Shown here: positions 52,855 through 63,543 of the stretch, in pieces
Position numbering within the stretch: position 1 is the stretch's first letter
Layout of the letters: the number at the start of each line of letters is the position of its first letter
Source: an uncultured Gemmatimonadaceae bacterium
GTDB lineage: Bacteria > Gemmatimonadota > Gemmatimonadetes > Gemmatimonadales > Gemmatimonadaceae
Assembly (NCBI GenBank): GCA_963843845.1
Contig: CAWJMB010000002.1
Coordinates: 2,176,001-2,240,000, forward strand
Length of the DNA stretch: 64,000 nucleotides
Direction of reading: 5' to 3'
Notes under the pieces: generated by a model
Database searches by the model: none
What the model saw: the letters and a program-made list of their open reading frames with translations, nothing else
Told to the model about the DNA's origin: nothing
Position numbers and translations under genes: made by a program

Positions 52855-55440
52855 ATGACCCGGTTTCTCCGCACGCTGTTCCGCCGGCCGCTGCTCTTCG
52901 CTGCGGCCGTTTGCTTTTCCGCCCCCTGCCTGACGGAGGCGCAGCAGCGGCCCAGCGCGTCGCAGGCCCAGGAGCTGCTGCGGCAACGCCCCGACCTCGC
53001 CACGCAGTTGCAGCAGCGGCTGCGAACGAGCGGCCTGACGCCCGACCAGGTTCGCGCTCGCCTGCGCGCCGAAGGGTATCCCGAGTCGCTGCTCGACGCG
53101 TACCTCCCCGGAGGGCCCCCGAGCTCGGCGGCCGATACCGCGTCCACGTCCACGCTGCTCGACGCCGTCCGCACGCTCGGCATCGTCGACTCGGCGGAGG
53201 TGGACGTGCTGCGTAGCGCGAGCGGTCGTTCGATCTTCGACGACGCGCTCGGACTCGACGGCGATTCGCTGTCCACACGCCCGCGCCTCGGTCGGGGCGG
53301 GCGCGCCGACAGCGTGGGCCGCGCCGACTCCCTCGCGGTCGCGGTCGCCGACAGCGGGTTCCAGATCTTCGGCCTCGACGTCTTCCGGTCGCGGACGTCG
53401 CAGTTCGATCCGAACCTTGGCGGCACCGTCGGCCCGAACTACCGGCTCGGCCCGGGCGACCGGCTCGTGCTCATTCTCACCGGCGACGTCGAGCAGGCGT
53501 ACCAGCTCGACGTCACGCGCGAGGGGTTCGTCGTCATCCCGCAGGTCGGGCAGCTCTACGTCGCGAACCTCACGCTCGACCAGCTCGACCGACCTGCTCT
53601 ACACGCGGCTGGGTCGAGTCTACTCGGGCGTTCGCCGCGGGCGGCGGCACGACCCAGTTCTAGCGTGAGCGTCGGTCGGCTTCGGACGAACCAGGTGTTC
53701 GTGTTCGGCGACGTCGCGCGACCGGACAGCTATCGCGTGTCGAGCGCCGGCACGGTGCTCAGCGCGCTGTACGCCGCCGGCGGGCCGACCGCCGCCGGCT
53801 GGCTGCGCCGTGTGCTCCTGCGTCGCGGTGGACGGGTCGTCGATACGCTGGACGTCTACGACTATCTGCTGCGCGGCGACGCACGCCGCGACCCGCGGCT
53901 CGAGACCGGCGACGTGGTGTTCGTGCCGCCGCAGCTCGGCCGAGTGCGCGTTGCAGGCGAGGTGAACCGTCCGGCGACCTACGAGCTCCGGCCGGGCGAG
54001 ACGCTCGCCGACGTGCTCCGCAATGCCGGCGGCCTCGAGCCGACGGCGAACCAGCGTCGGATCCAGATCCAGCGCGTGCTCCCGGCCGCGGAGCGCGTCC
54101 GAACCGGGGCGCGATCGCAGTCGTCATCGACGTGACGACGGCGTCGCCCGGCGCCGCGCTCCCGGCCGTCGCGCTCCTGCCCGGCGACGTCGTTCGCGTC
54201 TTCGACGTCGCCGACCCGCGTCCGCGATCGCGTCGTCGTGCTCGGCAACGTGTACACGCCGGGCGCACAGGGCATCCGCGCCGGGACGCGGCTCTCGGAC
54301 GCGCTGCGCAACGCGGGCGGCCTCAAGCCCGACACGTACCTCGGCGAGGTGCTCGTCACGCGGCTGCGGCCGGACTCGACGCCGGTTTCAGCTCCGCGCG
54401 CACGCTGGCGGATTCGACCGGGCGGGTCGTCAACGAATCGCTCCTGCAAGAGGATGACGAGATCCGCGTGTTCCGCGTGACCGAATTCCGGCCGGTGCGG
54501 TACGTCGCGATCAGCGGGGCCGTGCGGACAGGCGGGCAGTTCCGCTACCGGGATGGCATGACGATGCGCGATCTCGTGCTCCTCGCCGGCGGTCTCGACG
54601 AGAGCGCGCTGCTGAGCCAGGCCGAGGTCGCGCGCCTGCCCGCGGACCGCGAGCAATGGCGTCACGGCGCGCACGTTCCGCGTCGCGCTCGACTCGAGCT
54701 ACCTGTTCGAACGCGCGCCGGACGGGCGATACCTCGGACCGCCAGGCCTTCCGGCGTCGGCCGGGGCGGCGCCCGAGGTCCGCTCGCGCCGTACGACAAC
54801 GTGCTCATCCTCCGCCAGCCCGACTTCGCGCTGCAGCGCACGGTCGTTCATCGGGGGCGAGGTGCGCTTCCCCGGGCGCTACGCGCTGCGGACGAAGAGC
54901 GAGCGGCTCGTCGACCTCGTGCGGCGGGCAGGCGGGCTCACGACGGAGGCGAGCGCGGAGGGCGTCGAGTTCTATCGGGTCCGCGGGCGCAGTCGGGCGC
55001 GTCGGCATCGACCTGCCGCTCGCGATGCGCGACGCGACGAACCGCGACAATCTCATCCTCGCCGACGGCGACTCGGTCATCGTGCCGCAGTTCAACGCCG
55101 TCGTCACCGTCGGCGGCGCGGTGAACCGCCGTCGCGCGCTCGCCTACGTACCCGGGCAGCGACCTCGGGTACTACATCCGCGCCGCCGGCGGCGCGGAAC
55201 GCGCGCGCCGACCTGCGCTCGCGCGTACGTGATGCAGCCGAACGGGCGGTTGGAGAGCGTGCAGCGGCGCCGGTTCCTGCCCGACGGCGTTCCCGGTGCC
55301 GCGCCCCGGGGCACGAGTGATCGTCCCGGAGCGCTGCAGCGGACGACCGCCGGGACTTCGCGCAAGCCTTGGCGACCTTCGCGCAGGTCGGCGGCGCACT
55401 CGCCACGCTCATCGCGGCCGTCGTCGCGTTGACGCGCTGA
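52855..55440 (+). CDS. Multi-SLBB polysaccharide export protein (Wza/KpsD-like), several frameshifts
   Basis: Signal peptide, FGLDVF, NYRLGPGD.L, IPQVG, ALYAAGG, DVYDYLL.G, L..GDVVFVP and repeated V.GEV..P..Y / L..AGGL units spread over frames; hydrophobic C-terminus ending TGA 55440. Confidence 0.85.
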
Positions 55441-55474
55441 CGGTCGCCCGGCACCGCCGGCTGCTCGTCGCGAG

Positions 55475-57171
55475 TCAGCGGCCGAGGTGGAGTCCGGGAC
55501 GCCACGCCGCGCCGGCGAGCAGCTGCCAGCTCGTCGCATCGCCGGCGTAGTCGCGATTCAACTCGCGGATGACCCGGATGCGTCCGAAGACGTCGACACG
55601 GTCGAAAAACCGGACGGCTTCGACGGCGGGCGCGAGCTGCACGTCGACCTCGTCCGCGCTCGTCCCCTCGGTCGGAGGGGCACGTCGCACGATCCGGTCG
55701 CCGACCACGGAGACTCGTCCGCGCCGGGGTGTATCGATCGAGCGCGAGATGCTGCCCTGCGCCGCCGGGTGCGGCGATCGAGCCGAGTAGCTGCCCGCGG
55801 TTGGTGTGCCCCTGCACGAGGATCGAGTGCTCGTACGGCGTCGCCTGCTCGACGCACGCGGTCGAGGTGGGTGATCCGCGCGTTGACCGTTTCGGCGCGG
55901 AGAATCGTGAACGCCGAACCGTCGCGCGCACGAGCGAACGCCTGCTCGACGCCGAGGAGGATCGCGGCGTCGTGGTCTGGCTCCGTCGCGAGCTCGCGGA
56001 CGTCGAGATTGTTGTCGTTCTTCAGAAGCTCGCCGTAGATGCGTAGCCCGCTGCGGGGGTGACTCCACGAGGCGAACGCACTCGCGATCTGGTTGTCGGG
56101 GGTGTAGTTCGCGTCGGTCGGCAGGTTCTTCTGCGACATCGCCGCGGCACTCTGGAAGAAGTTCTCGAAGACGCTGAACAGCTGGCCGAGCGAGACGCCT
56201 CCCGTCGGCGTGAGGCGATGGAACACCCGTCCGCCCCCGACTTCGAGCCCGGGCACCCAGCTCGGACTGAACGCCGCAACCCCGCCGGCCAGATAGCGCG
56301 ACGCGGATCGGGGGGGGGCGTACGGCGAGTCGACAGGTCGCCCGAGGATCAGGTTGACGTTCAGGCGCCCGATCCCGACCGACCGCATTCCCGACGTTCC
56401 GAGGAAGATGTGACGGAAGCCGGGCGCGTTCTGGCCCATGAGCAGCGCGTGCACGGCCCCCGGCCCCCACGTCGGCGCAGCCGTGGAGACCCCGGCGGCG
56501 ATCGGACCGATGTCCATCCGGAGCGTGCTCTGCCCTGCGTCGATGCGCGCGTAAGGCGCATCTCCGAAGCGCTGCGGCGTGTCGATCGCCAGTGGAAGCG
56601 AGCCGTCGGCGTACGGCGTCGCGCCGACTTCCGTCACCGGCGCGAGTGCGAACGGTCGGTTCTCCGCACGGAACGCCACGGGTTGCACGACGAGGGTGAT
56701 CGGACCGACCTGCGCCGAGACGCCGCCCGTGACCACGCTCGTGAGACCCCGCCCCGACCACACGGCGCCGTCGCCGTAATCGAATGGAAAGGCCTGATTG
56801 AACACCGACCACGCCCGAAGAGGCAGCGCATCGACCCGCGCGCGCCACCGGCGCGACGCGTCGCTCGTCGTCGGCGTGAACGCGAAGCGGTTCCACGGGT
56901 GCCGCTCTGTGGTCCCGAGCAGGTTCAGCACGTGCGGCGTGTACCCGCGGAGTGTCACTGAGCGCTCCGCGATCGCGCCCGTGAGCTGGAGCGCTCGAAT
57001 GTATTCTTCGAGCTCGCTGCCAGCCGTGGCCTCCAGCGGAGTCGCGCTGACACGCTCCGAACGCGGACGGACCGCCCCCGGTGGCTGCGCGTGCAACGGC
57101 GCGGTCGCGATCAGCACTCCCGCCAGCGTCGCCGGCAAGTAACATGTGGCTCGCTCGACCCTACACGCCAT
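55475..57171 (-). CDS. Capsule assembly Wzi-family-like outer-membrane protein (two frameshifts)
   Basis: DGAVWSGRG, ID.PQRFG, GQS, WGPG, N.PGF.H, DNQIAS, GHTNRGQLLG. Confidence 0.75.
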
Positions 57172-57280
57172 CTTCCGCCACGCTCCGTTGACACGCCCGC
57201 CGACGATTGCCGCTCGGACATCGTTCTCGTCGAGCGACGCCCAATCTACCGCGTGTGTCCCGGCGTCACAGCGAGCGCTG

Positions 57281-58918
57281 ATGCGGGCGCGCTGGATCTG
57301 CGTCGCGTGCCTGCTGAGCGTGTCGCCTGCTCGCGCAGCGCACGCGCAGCGCGCAGGTGGTCCGGCGCCCCTGCCACCCGGCGGAGTGCGGGGGGATCGG
57401 CAACGGATCGCACAGCTCTGGGGGCTCGACTCACTGAGCGGGGAGCTGGCGCGGAGTGCGTCCTCGTGGCAGCCGGCGCCACCTCCGACGATCCGGCGGC
57501 GACCGTTGGCCGCGGCGTTGCTCGCGCCGCAGCTGGAAGCGCGCTGGAGCAGTGCGCTGCCGGCCGCAGGCAACGACGGACTGCTGTGGGCGGGACGGGG
57601 CGCGAGCGCGCTCGTGCGTGGCGGCGCCCTCGTCACGGCAGGCGCGGTACGCGTGATCGTGCTCCCGGAGCTCGCGTACTCGCAGAATCGGCCGTTCGGC
57701 GCGCTCCCGTCGACGGCACCGGGACGGAGCCGGTACGCGTCTCCCTTCCACACGGGCGCCGCACCGGGCGACGCGCCGATCGACCTCCCCCTACGATTCG
57801 GCGACCGGCCGCGAGCGAGCGTCGGCGGCGGACAGAGCTCGATCACGCTGTCCGGCGACGTGGTCGCCGCCGGTGTCGCGACGGAGAACGAGTGGTGGGG
57901 ACCGGGCATCCACACCGCACTGCTGCTCGGCACGGCCGCGGGTGGCTTCCCGCACGCATTCCTTCGGACCGCGCGCCCGCTCCGCACACGCGTCGGGGTC
58001 GTCGAAGCGCGCCTGCTCTGGGGAACGCTCACGCCGTCCGCGTTCGCCGACAGCGCGTCGACGACGCAGTACCGCTCGTTCAGCGGCGCGCTGGCGACGC
58101 TCCGTCCGTCGATCCTTCCGACACTGACGCTCGGCGTCGAGCGGTCGGTCATCCGCAACGCGGCCGGCGCGGCGACCGCGGCGGGTCGAGCGGTCGACGT
58201 CCTCCGGCTGTGGGAGTCGCCGCCCACCGACGCCGACGAGATCGCCCGCGCGACGGGTGCACCGACGCGGCGCCGGGCAGATCAGCTCGTCGGCCTGTTC
58301 GCGCGGCTCGTCGCCCCCGAGAGCGGCGCCGAAGCGTACGTGGAGTGGGTCCGACAGGAACTTCCGCGTTCGCTTCGCGAGTTTCTGCTCGCCCCGCAGG
58401 CGACACAAGGGTACACGATCGGTGCGCAGTGGATCTCCGCGCCGGCCGTCACCCCACGTCCGAGCCTTCGGATTCAGGCGGAGGCGTCCAACGTCGAGCA
58501 ATCGGTCGCCATTCGAGGTCTGGCGGTCCGCGATTTCTACACAGGCTTCGCGACACGAGACGGCCACACACATCGCGGGCAGCCGTTGGGTGCCGCGACC
58601 GGTCCCGGAAGCTCGTCGCAGCGCCTGGGCGCCGATCTCATCGCGCGTGGGTGGCACGGCGGGCTGTTCGCGTCGCGCGTGCGCTGGGAGAACGACGCGC
58701 TGTACCGGCAGGCGAACGCGAACTTCTTCCGTCACGACGTCAGCCTCACGGGGGGCGTGCGCGGATCGATCCGCCGCTCGCGCTGGGACCTCAGCGCCGA
58801 AGCCGCCTACACCGACCGCATCAACTATCTCTTCCAGAACGGCTTCAACAATCCCGGAGGCATCCGGACGGTCGACGTGCACGACGTGAGCATCTCGCTG
58901 TCGGTCAGCCCCCGATGA
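57281..58918 (+). CDS. Capsule assembly Wzi-family-like outer-membrane protein (paralog)
   Basis: NDGLLWAGRG, IDLPLRFG, GQS, ENEWWGPG, GFPH, ADQL, GHTHRGQPLGA..GPG. Confidence 0.75.
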   Translation: MRARWICVACLLSVSPARAAHAQRAGGPAPLPPGGVRGDRQRIAQLWGLDSLSGELARSASSWQPAPPPTIRRRPLAAALLAPQLEARWSSALPAAGNDGLLWAGRGASALVRGGALVTAGAVRVIVLPELAYSQNRPFGALPSTAPGRSRYASPFHTGAAPGDAPIDLPLRFGDRPRASVGGGQSSITLSGDVVAAGVATENEWWGPGIHTALLLGTAAGGFPHAFLRTARPLRTRVGVVEARLLWGTLTPSAFADSASTTQYRSFSGALATLRPSILPTLTLGVERSVIRNAAGAATAAGRAVDVLRLWESPPTDADEIARATGAPTRRRADQLVGLFARLVAPESGAEAYVEWVRQELPRSLREFLLAPQATQGYTIGAQWISAPAVTPRPSLRIQAEASNVEQSVAIRGLAVRDFYTGFATRDGHTHRGQPLGAATGPGSSSQRLGADLIARGWHGGLFASRVRWENDALYRQANANFFRHDVSLTGGVRGSIRRSRWDLSAEAAYTDRINYLFQNGFNNPGGIRTVDVHDVSISLSVSPR

Positions 58919-60090
58919 GCGACGCCGCCGAGCCCCTCCGCGTGGGTATCGACGGCCGAGTGTTCGAGGGCCCCCGCACGGGGATCGGTCGCTATGTGTT
59001 CGAGATCTGCCGGGAGCTGGATCGGGTGCTGCCGCCGCAGGCCGAAGTGTTCGTTTATGCACGCCGCCACGTGGAACTCCCGCCCGTCTCGTCGAGATGG
59101 CGGCTCCGCGTCGAGCGCAACCCGGTCGCGGCACGATTCCCGGCCAGCGTCTGGCTGAAGACTCGTGCGCCGTCGCTGATCGCGGAGGACGCACTCGCCG
59201 CGTTCTGGGGAACCGCGTCGCTGCTGCCATCGCTCCCCGCCTCGACGCGATCGGTCGTCACGGTCTACGATCTGAACTATCTCGTGGTGCCCACCACGAT
59301 GCCGTTCTCGACCTGGCTCACGCACCGAACGTACTTCGCCCGCGACGTTCGCCGTGCGGACGTCGTCGTCGCCATCTCGGCCGGAACCGCGTCGCGACTG
59401 CGCGAACGACTGGGCATCGCCACGGACGTGATCGTGACGCCTGCGGTCAGCGCCGCGTTCGGGCCGCTCGCGCAAGGCGCGGCGTCGGAGGTCTACGAGC
59501 GCCTCGGGCTTCGACCGCCGTACCTCCTCGCGGTCGGCACGCGCGAACCCAGGAAGAACCTCTCGATGCTCGTCGACGCGTTCGCCTCGGCTCGTCGAGC
59601 GGGGCTGCCGCCGCGCGTGACCCTCGTCCTCACCGGCGCTGCCGGCTGGCGCGAAGGCCCGCTCGCGCGCGCGATTCGGTCGCTCCCGAAGCAGTCCGTG
59701 CGCCTCCTGGGCTACGTGAGCGACGACGATCTCGCGGTGCTCTACGCTGGGGCGACAGCGTTCGTCTTCCCGTCACGATACGAGGGGTATGGCATGCCGG
59801 TCGCGGAGGCACGCGCCTGCGGCGCGGTCATCGTCGCCGCAGACGTCCCCGAATTGCGGGAAGCCGGCGGGAGCGACGCCACATACGTCGCGCCGACGAC
59901 GTCGTGCCTCGTCGCGGCACTGCTCGCCTCGGCACGTGGCGATCTGCCGCGCGCTGCGAGCCCCGTAGCGCGCGACGGGTGGCGGCACGGGGCGAACGCC
60001 ATGGCCGGCATCCTCGTGAGCGCGCCTCGCGCCGCTACGCCGCGCGCGCCAGCACGCGAAGCCGAAACGACGCTCGCTCCTCGGAAGTGA
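58915..60090 (+). CDS. Glycosyltransferase family 4
   Basis: IDGR..TGIGRY, TVYDL, VGTREPRKN, LGYV.D.DL..LY, FPSRYEGYGMP..EA.ACG. Confidence 0.93.
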   Translation: MSDAAEPLRVGIDGRVFEGPRTGIGRYVFEICRELDRVLPPQAEVFVYARRHVELPPVSSRWRLRVERNPVAARFPASVWLKTRAPSLIAEDALAAFWGTASLLPSLPASTRSVVTVYDLNYLVVPTTMPFSTWLTHRTYFARDVRRADVVVAISAGTASRLRERLGIATDVIVTPAVSAAFGPLAQGAASEVYERLGLRPPYLLAVGTREPRKNLSMLVDAFASARRAGLPPRVTLVLTGAAGWREGPLARAIRSLPKQSVRLLGYVSDDDLAVLYAGATAFVFPSRYEGYGMPVAEARACGAVIVAADVPELREAGGSDATYVAPTTSCLVAALLASARGDLPRAASPVARDGWRHGANAMAGILVSAPRAATPRAPAREAETTLAPRK

Positions 60091-61576
60091 GCACGGCGAA
60101 CCACGTGACCGCGCAATAGATCGGCACCGCGACGATCGTGAGCGCGGCCTTCGCGCCGACCGAATGCGGAACGGTCGTCGCGAGCACGCAGGACACTCCG
60201 ACCACGGCGTATGCCGCGGCGCGGGCTGCCGCAGCGCGGAGCGACGGGATGGTCGCGATGACCCCCCAGAACGCCACCCCCGCGTCCACGACGATGCGGG
60301 CTCCCCAGACGAGCGCCGCGCCGAGCAATCCGTAGCGCGGCGTGACCCACGCGAGCGCGACGATCAGCAGCGGCAGCTGTACGAGGTGCGACACCCCCGT
60401 CACACGCTGTTGCCCCACCGCCTGGAGCGCGGTGAACGCCGTCTGACCGACACAGTTGCAGAAGATCGCGATCGCGAAGACCCGGACGAGTGACGCGCCC
60501 TCTCGCACGAACCCCGGTCCGAGCCACCAGCCGAGCCACTCGGGCGCGTACAGCGCCATCAGCGCGGCGACCGGCAACAGCGCGACGGCGATGATCCGCG
60601 CCGCGCGGTCGAAGAGTTTGGCGGCACGCGTCGCATCGCTCGCGAATGTGGCCGCGAGCGCCGGGAAGAGGACCGGCAACACCGCACCGGTGAAGATCCA
60701 CAGCTTGGTCACGACCTCCTGCGGCGTCGCGTAATAGCCGACTGCCGCGACGCCGAGCGTCGAGCTGACGATGACGCGGTCTGCCGACACGAGCAGCGGG
60801 TTGACCAGGTTCGACACGGTGATCCAGCCGCCGACGCGCGCGAGCCGCTGGACGACCGCGCCGCGTACCCCGGTCGGTCGCGTGAGCCGCGGAAACGCGC
60901 GCGCGCATGCGATCGCGTGCGCCACGCAGATGACGACTCGGCCGACCACGAGGATCGCGATGGCGGGGACGACGGACTCGGAGAAGTGCCGCGTGCCCAG
61001 TGGTGCCGCGAAAGTGAGGACGCCGAGCGGCACGCGGAGCGCATTGATGACCGTGAAGTGCTGGGCCGCTTCGAGCGCGCCCCTGAACACGTTCGTGATC
61101 GCCATGATCGGCACGGCGACGGCCATCAGTCGGACCCCGACGACGACCTCGGCAGCCATCGCCGCCGTCGACGGCGTCGGGAGCAGTCGCAGGGCGATCT
61201 CGGTCGCCAGGCCCCACGCTGCCGTGGCCAGCACGAGCGTGACGGGGAGCAGGAGCAAGGTCGCGGTCCAGATGACCTCCGGCACGACCCCCGTCTTTCC
61301 ACGACCGAAGCGCTCAGCCAGCACCTGCGTGACGGCGCGACCGAGGCCCAGGTCGAGGATGCTGAAGTAGCCCACCGCGGTCCACGCCAGGTTGAGCAGT
61401 CCGAAGCGAACCGCTCCGAATCCTCTCGCGAGCGACGGAACCGTCAACAGCGCGAGCGCCACCGGAACCGCCCACCCGGCCAGATTGAACGCGACGTTGC
61501 GAGCGAGCAGTGGCGTGCTCGTGAGCTGCGCACTCGTCCTGGCGGATTCGCGGTGGGACCGGCTACGGCGCGACAC
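60035..61576 (-). CDS. Wzx-type oligosaccharide flippase (start approximate)
   Basis: RN..FNL.G, FG.L, F..LDLGLGRA, many TM segments, D.VIV....G..AVGYY, P.YGLLGAA. Confidence 0.88.
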   Translation of the reverse strand: MSRRSRSHRESARTSAQLTSTPLLARNVAFNLAGWAVPVALALLTVPSLARGFGAVRFGLLNLAWTAVGYFSILDLGLGRAVTQVLAERFGRGKTGVVPEVIWTATLLLLPVTLVLATAAWGLATEIALRLLPTPSTAAMAAEVVVGVRLMAVAVPIMAITNVFRGALEAAQHFTVINALRVPLGVLTFAAPLGTRHFSESVVPAIAILVVGRVVICVAHAIACARAFPRLTRPTGVRGAVVQRLARVGGWITVSNLVNPLLVSADRVIVSSTLGVAAVGYYATPQEVVTKLWIFTGAVLPVLFPALAATFASDATRAAKLFDRAARIIAVALLPVAALMALYAPEWLGWWLGPGFVREGASLVRVFAIAIFCNCVGQTAFTALQAVGQQRVTGVSHLVQLPLLIVALAWVTPRYGLLGAALVWGARIVVDAGVAFWGVIATIPSLRAAAARAAAYAVVGVSCVLATTVPHSVGAKAALTIVAVPIYCAVTWFAVLTSEERASFRLRVLARAA

Positions 61577-63488
61577 GCCAGCGCTGCAGAAGCCTGAAGT
61601 CGTCGGCCTCGAACGTCGGCAGCCGCACTCCCGCGAACGAGTACTGCCGCCCGCCGGGTAGCGTGATCGTGACGTCCCCGACCAGGTCGCCGTATTCGGT
61701 CGTGAGGGGGTTGATCCGCACGCGACCGTCCTCGTTGCTCTCGCGGGTGATTCGCTCGGGCGTCGCCGCGATCCCGCCGGTACGACGGAATTCGACACGC
61801 GCACCGACGATCGGCCGCTCGTCGACCGACGAGACGACCTCGCCGAAGTACTCGAGGCTCGGCCCGATCCCGTAGTTGTCGAGCCGGCGCAGCTCGTCGA
61901 CGTCGAAGGTCTGCAGGCGCACGCCGCGCCGGATCTCCGAACGGAGCGGGAGCTGCGGTCGGATCAGGAGATCGCCGATCACCACGCCTGCCTGGTCGGT
62001 CGACGGCGCCAGGGGGAAGGCGCCGAACTCGTTGCTTCGCACGATGAAGGTGTCGGGTTCCACCGGGATCCCACCCGTCCGCCTGAACTCGACTTCGACG
62101 CCGGCCGCGGGCGCCCGGCCCGTCCCGCGTACGAACAGCACCCCGGCGTAGAGCAGGTGCTCCCCGATGCCGAACGTCCGGAGCAGCCGGACCGAGTCGT
62201 CGGCCGCCACTCGGAGGCGCAGATCGGCGTAGGTCACCGGCGCCAGACCCGGGGCGCTGATCGTCAGCTGCCCGATCAGCTCTCCCGACTCGGCGAGCGG
62301 TCTGGTGACGAGCGGGAAGCGGCCGTTCGCGTCGCTGACGCTCGAGATCACATCCGACTCGACGGCGATCCCACCGGTGCGCCGGAACTCGACGCGAGCG
62401 CCCGCGACCCGCCGCTGAGACCCTCGGTTGTAGACCTCACCGACGTACAACAGCGACGGCCCGACACCGAACGTCTGGAGCAGGCGTACCTCGTCCGTAT
62501 CGAACACCGGCAGACGGACGCCGCGTGAGACGTACGGTTCGGCGAGGCCGGGCACGCGGAAGGTGAAATCGCCGATCACGTCGGCGAACCCGTCCGGCGC
62601 GTCGAGTACGATGGGAAATCGGCCCGCGGCGTCGGTCACGGCCGTGACGCGAGCGGGCGACGTCGCACCGCCGCCGGTGCGCTCGAACGACACCTGCACG
62701 CCGGCGAGCCGCCGGTTCGTGACGCGCTCGAACACTTCGCCCACGTATCGCAGGGAGGGACCGAGAACGAAGCTGCCGGCAACGGTCGGCGGCTCGTCTC
62801 GATACGTCGGGCGCAACACGACCGGTATGTCGACCGCGCGCGGCAGGCCGGGCCCGGCAGCGACGGTGATCGTTCCGCTCACGTCGCCGAACGACAGCAG
62901 TCGCGGGCGGAGCTCGAAGCGACCGTTTTCGTCCGTGGTCGCGGTGACCGAGGCGGCGTCGAGCAGCGCGCCACCGGTGCGACGAAAGACGATCGCGGTG
63001 CTTCGCACGTAGTCACGGGCCGTCCGGCTGACGATCTCGCCGATGAACTGCACGTAGGGGTCGACCACCCAGCGCCCCAGCACGCCCCCGTCCCCGCGCA
63101 CGGTGCGCGTGTCGAAGGTGACCCCGGACACGCGATACGCACGATGCGGTGCAGGAGGGGTGACCAACACGTCGCCGGTGATCCGCCCGCCGGTCGGGAC
63201 CTCGGTCGCAAGGCGGTAGAAGCCATCGCGGTCGGTGACCGAGGTGATCGTATCGCCCGGCAACGCGACGCCCGACGTGCGAATCAGTTGCACCCGGACG
63301 CCGGAGACTGGCCGCCCGCTCGTATGCTCGACGAACTGCCCCGTGTAGCTCAGCGACGGTGCGGTGGTGCACCCCGTCGGATCGTCGCACGCGCCACACC
63401 CTTCGACGAGCGCGCCGACGGCGAGCGCGCTCCAGGCCGCGGCGGCACGTGCGGTTCGAGCGTACGTCCGCGAAAGCCTCACGCTCAT
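61563..63488 (-). CDS. Putative lipoprotein with six ~100-aa beta-sandwich repeats (carboxypeptidase-regulatory/prealbumin-like)
   Basis: Signal peptide ending LVEG-C; six units of GPSL.Y.GEV...GA.VEFRRTGG...(S/T)D..GRF. Confidence 0.7.
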   Translation of the reverse strand: MSVRLSRTYARTARAAAAWSALAVGALVEGCGACDDPTGCTTAPSLSYTGQFVEHTSGRPVSGVRVQLIRTSGVALPGDTITSVTDRDGFYRLATEVPTGGRITGDVLVTPPAPHRAYRVSGVTFDTRTVRGDGGVLGRWVVDPYVQFIGEIVSRTARDYVRSTAIVFRRTGGALLDAASVTATTDENGRFELRPRLLSFGDVSGTITVAAGPGLPRAVDIPVVLRPTYRDEPPTVAGSFVLGPSLRYVGEVFERVTNRRLAGVQVSFERTGGGATSPARVTAVTDAAGRFPIVLDAPDGFADVIGDFTFRVPGLAEPYVSRGVRLPVFDTDEVRLLQTFGVGPSLLYVGEVYNRGSQRRVAGARVEFRRTGGIAVESDVISSVSDANGRFPLVTRPLAESGELIGQLTISAPGLAPVTYADLRLRVAADDSVRLLRTFGIGEHLLYAGVLFVRGTGRAPAAGVEVEFRRTGGIPVEPDTFIVRSNEFGAFPLAPSTDQAGVVIGDLLIRPQLPLRSEIRRGVRLQTFDVDELRRLDNYGIGPSLEYFGEVVSSVDERPIVGARVEFRRTGGIAATPERITRESNEDGRVRINPLTTEYGDLVGDVTITLPGGRQYSFAGVRLPTFEADDFRLLQRWRVAP

Positions 63489-63543
63489 GAGGGAAGGCCG
63501 AATCGAGTCATCTCGGAGCTGCAGCGAATGGCGACGACGAATC

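Noticed and set aside
57091..60090. 999-aa ORF and other long overlapping ORFs (e.g. 32818..35490, 5149..7824, 13507..15459)
   Set aside because: Shadow or antisense ORFs and upstream extensions expected at high GC; only the motif-bearing parts are credible.
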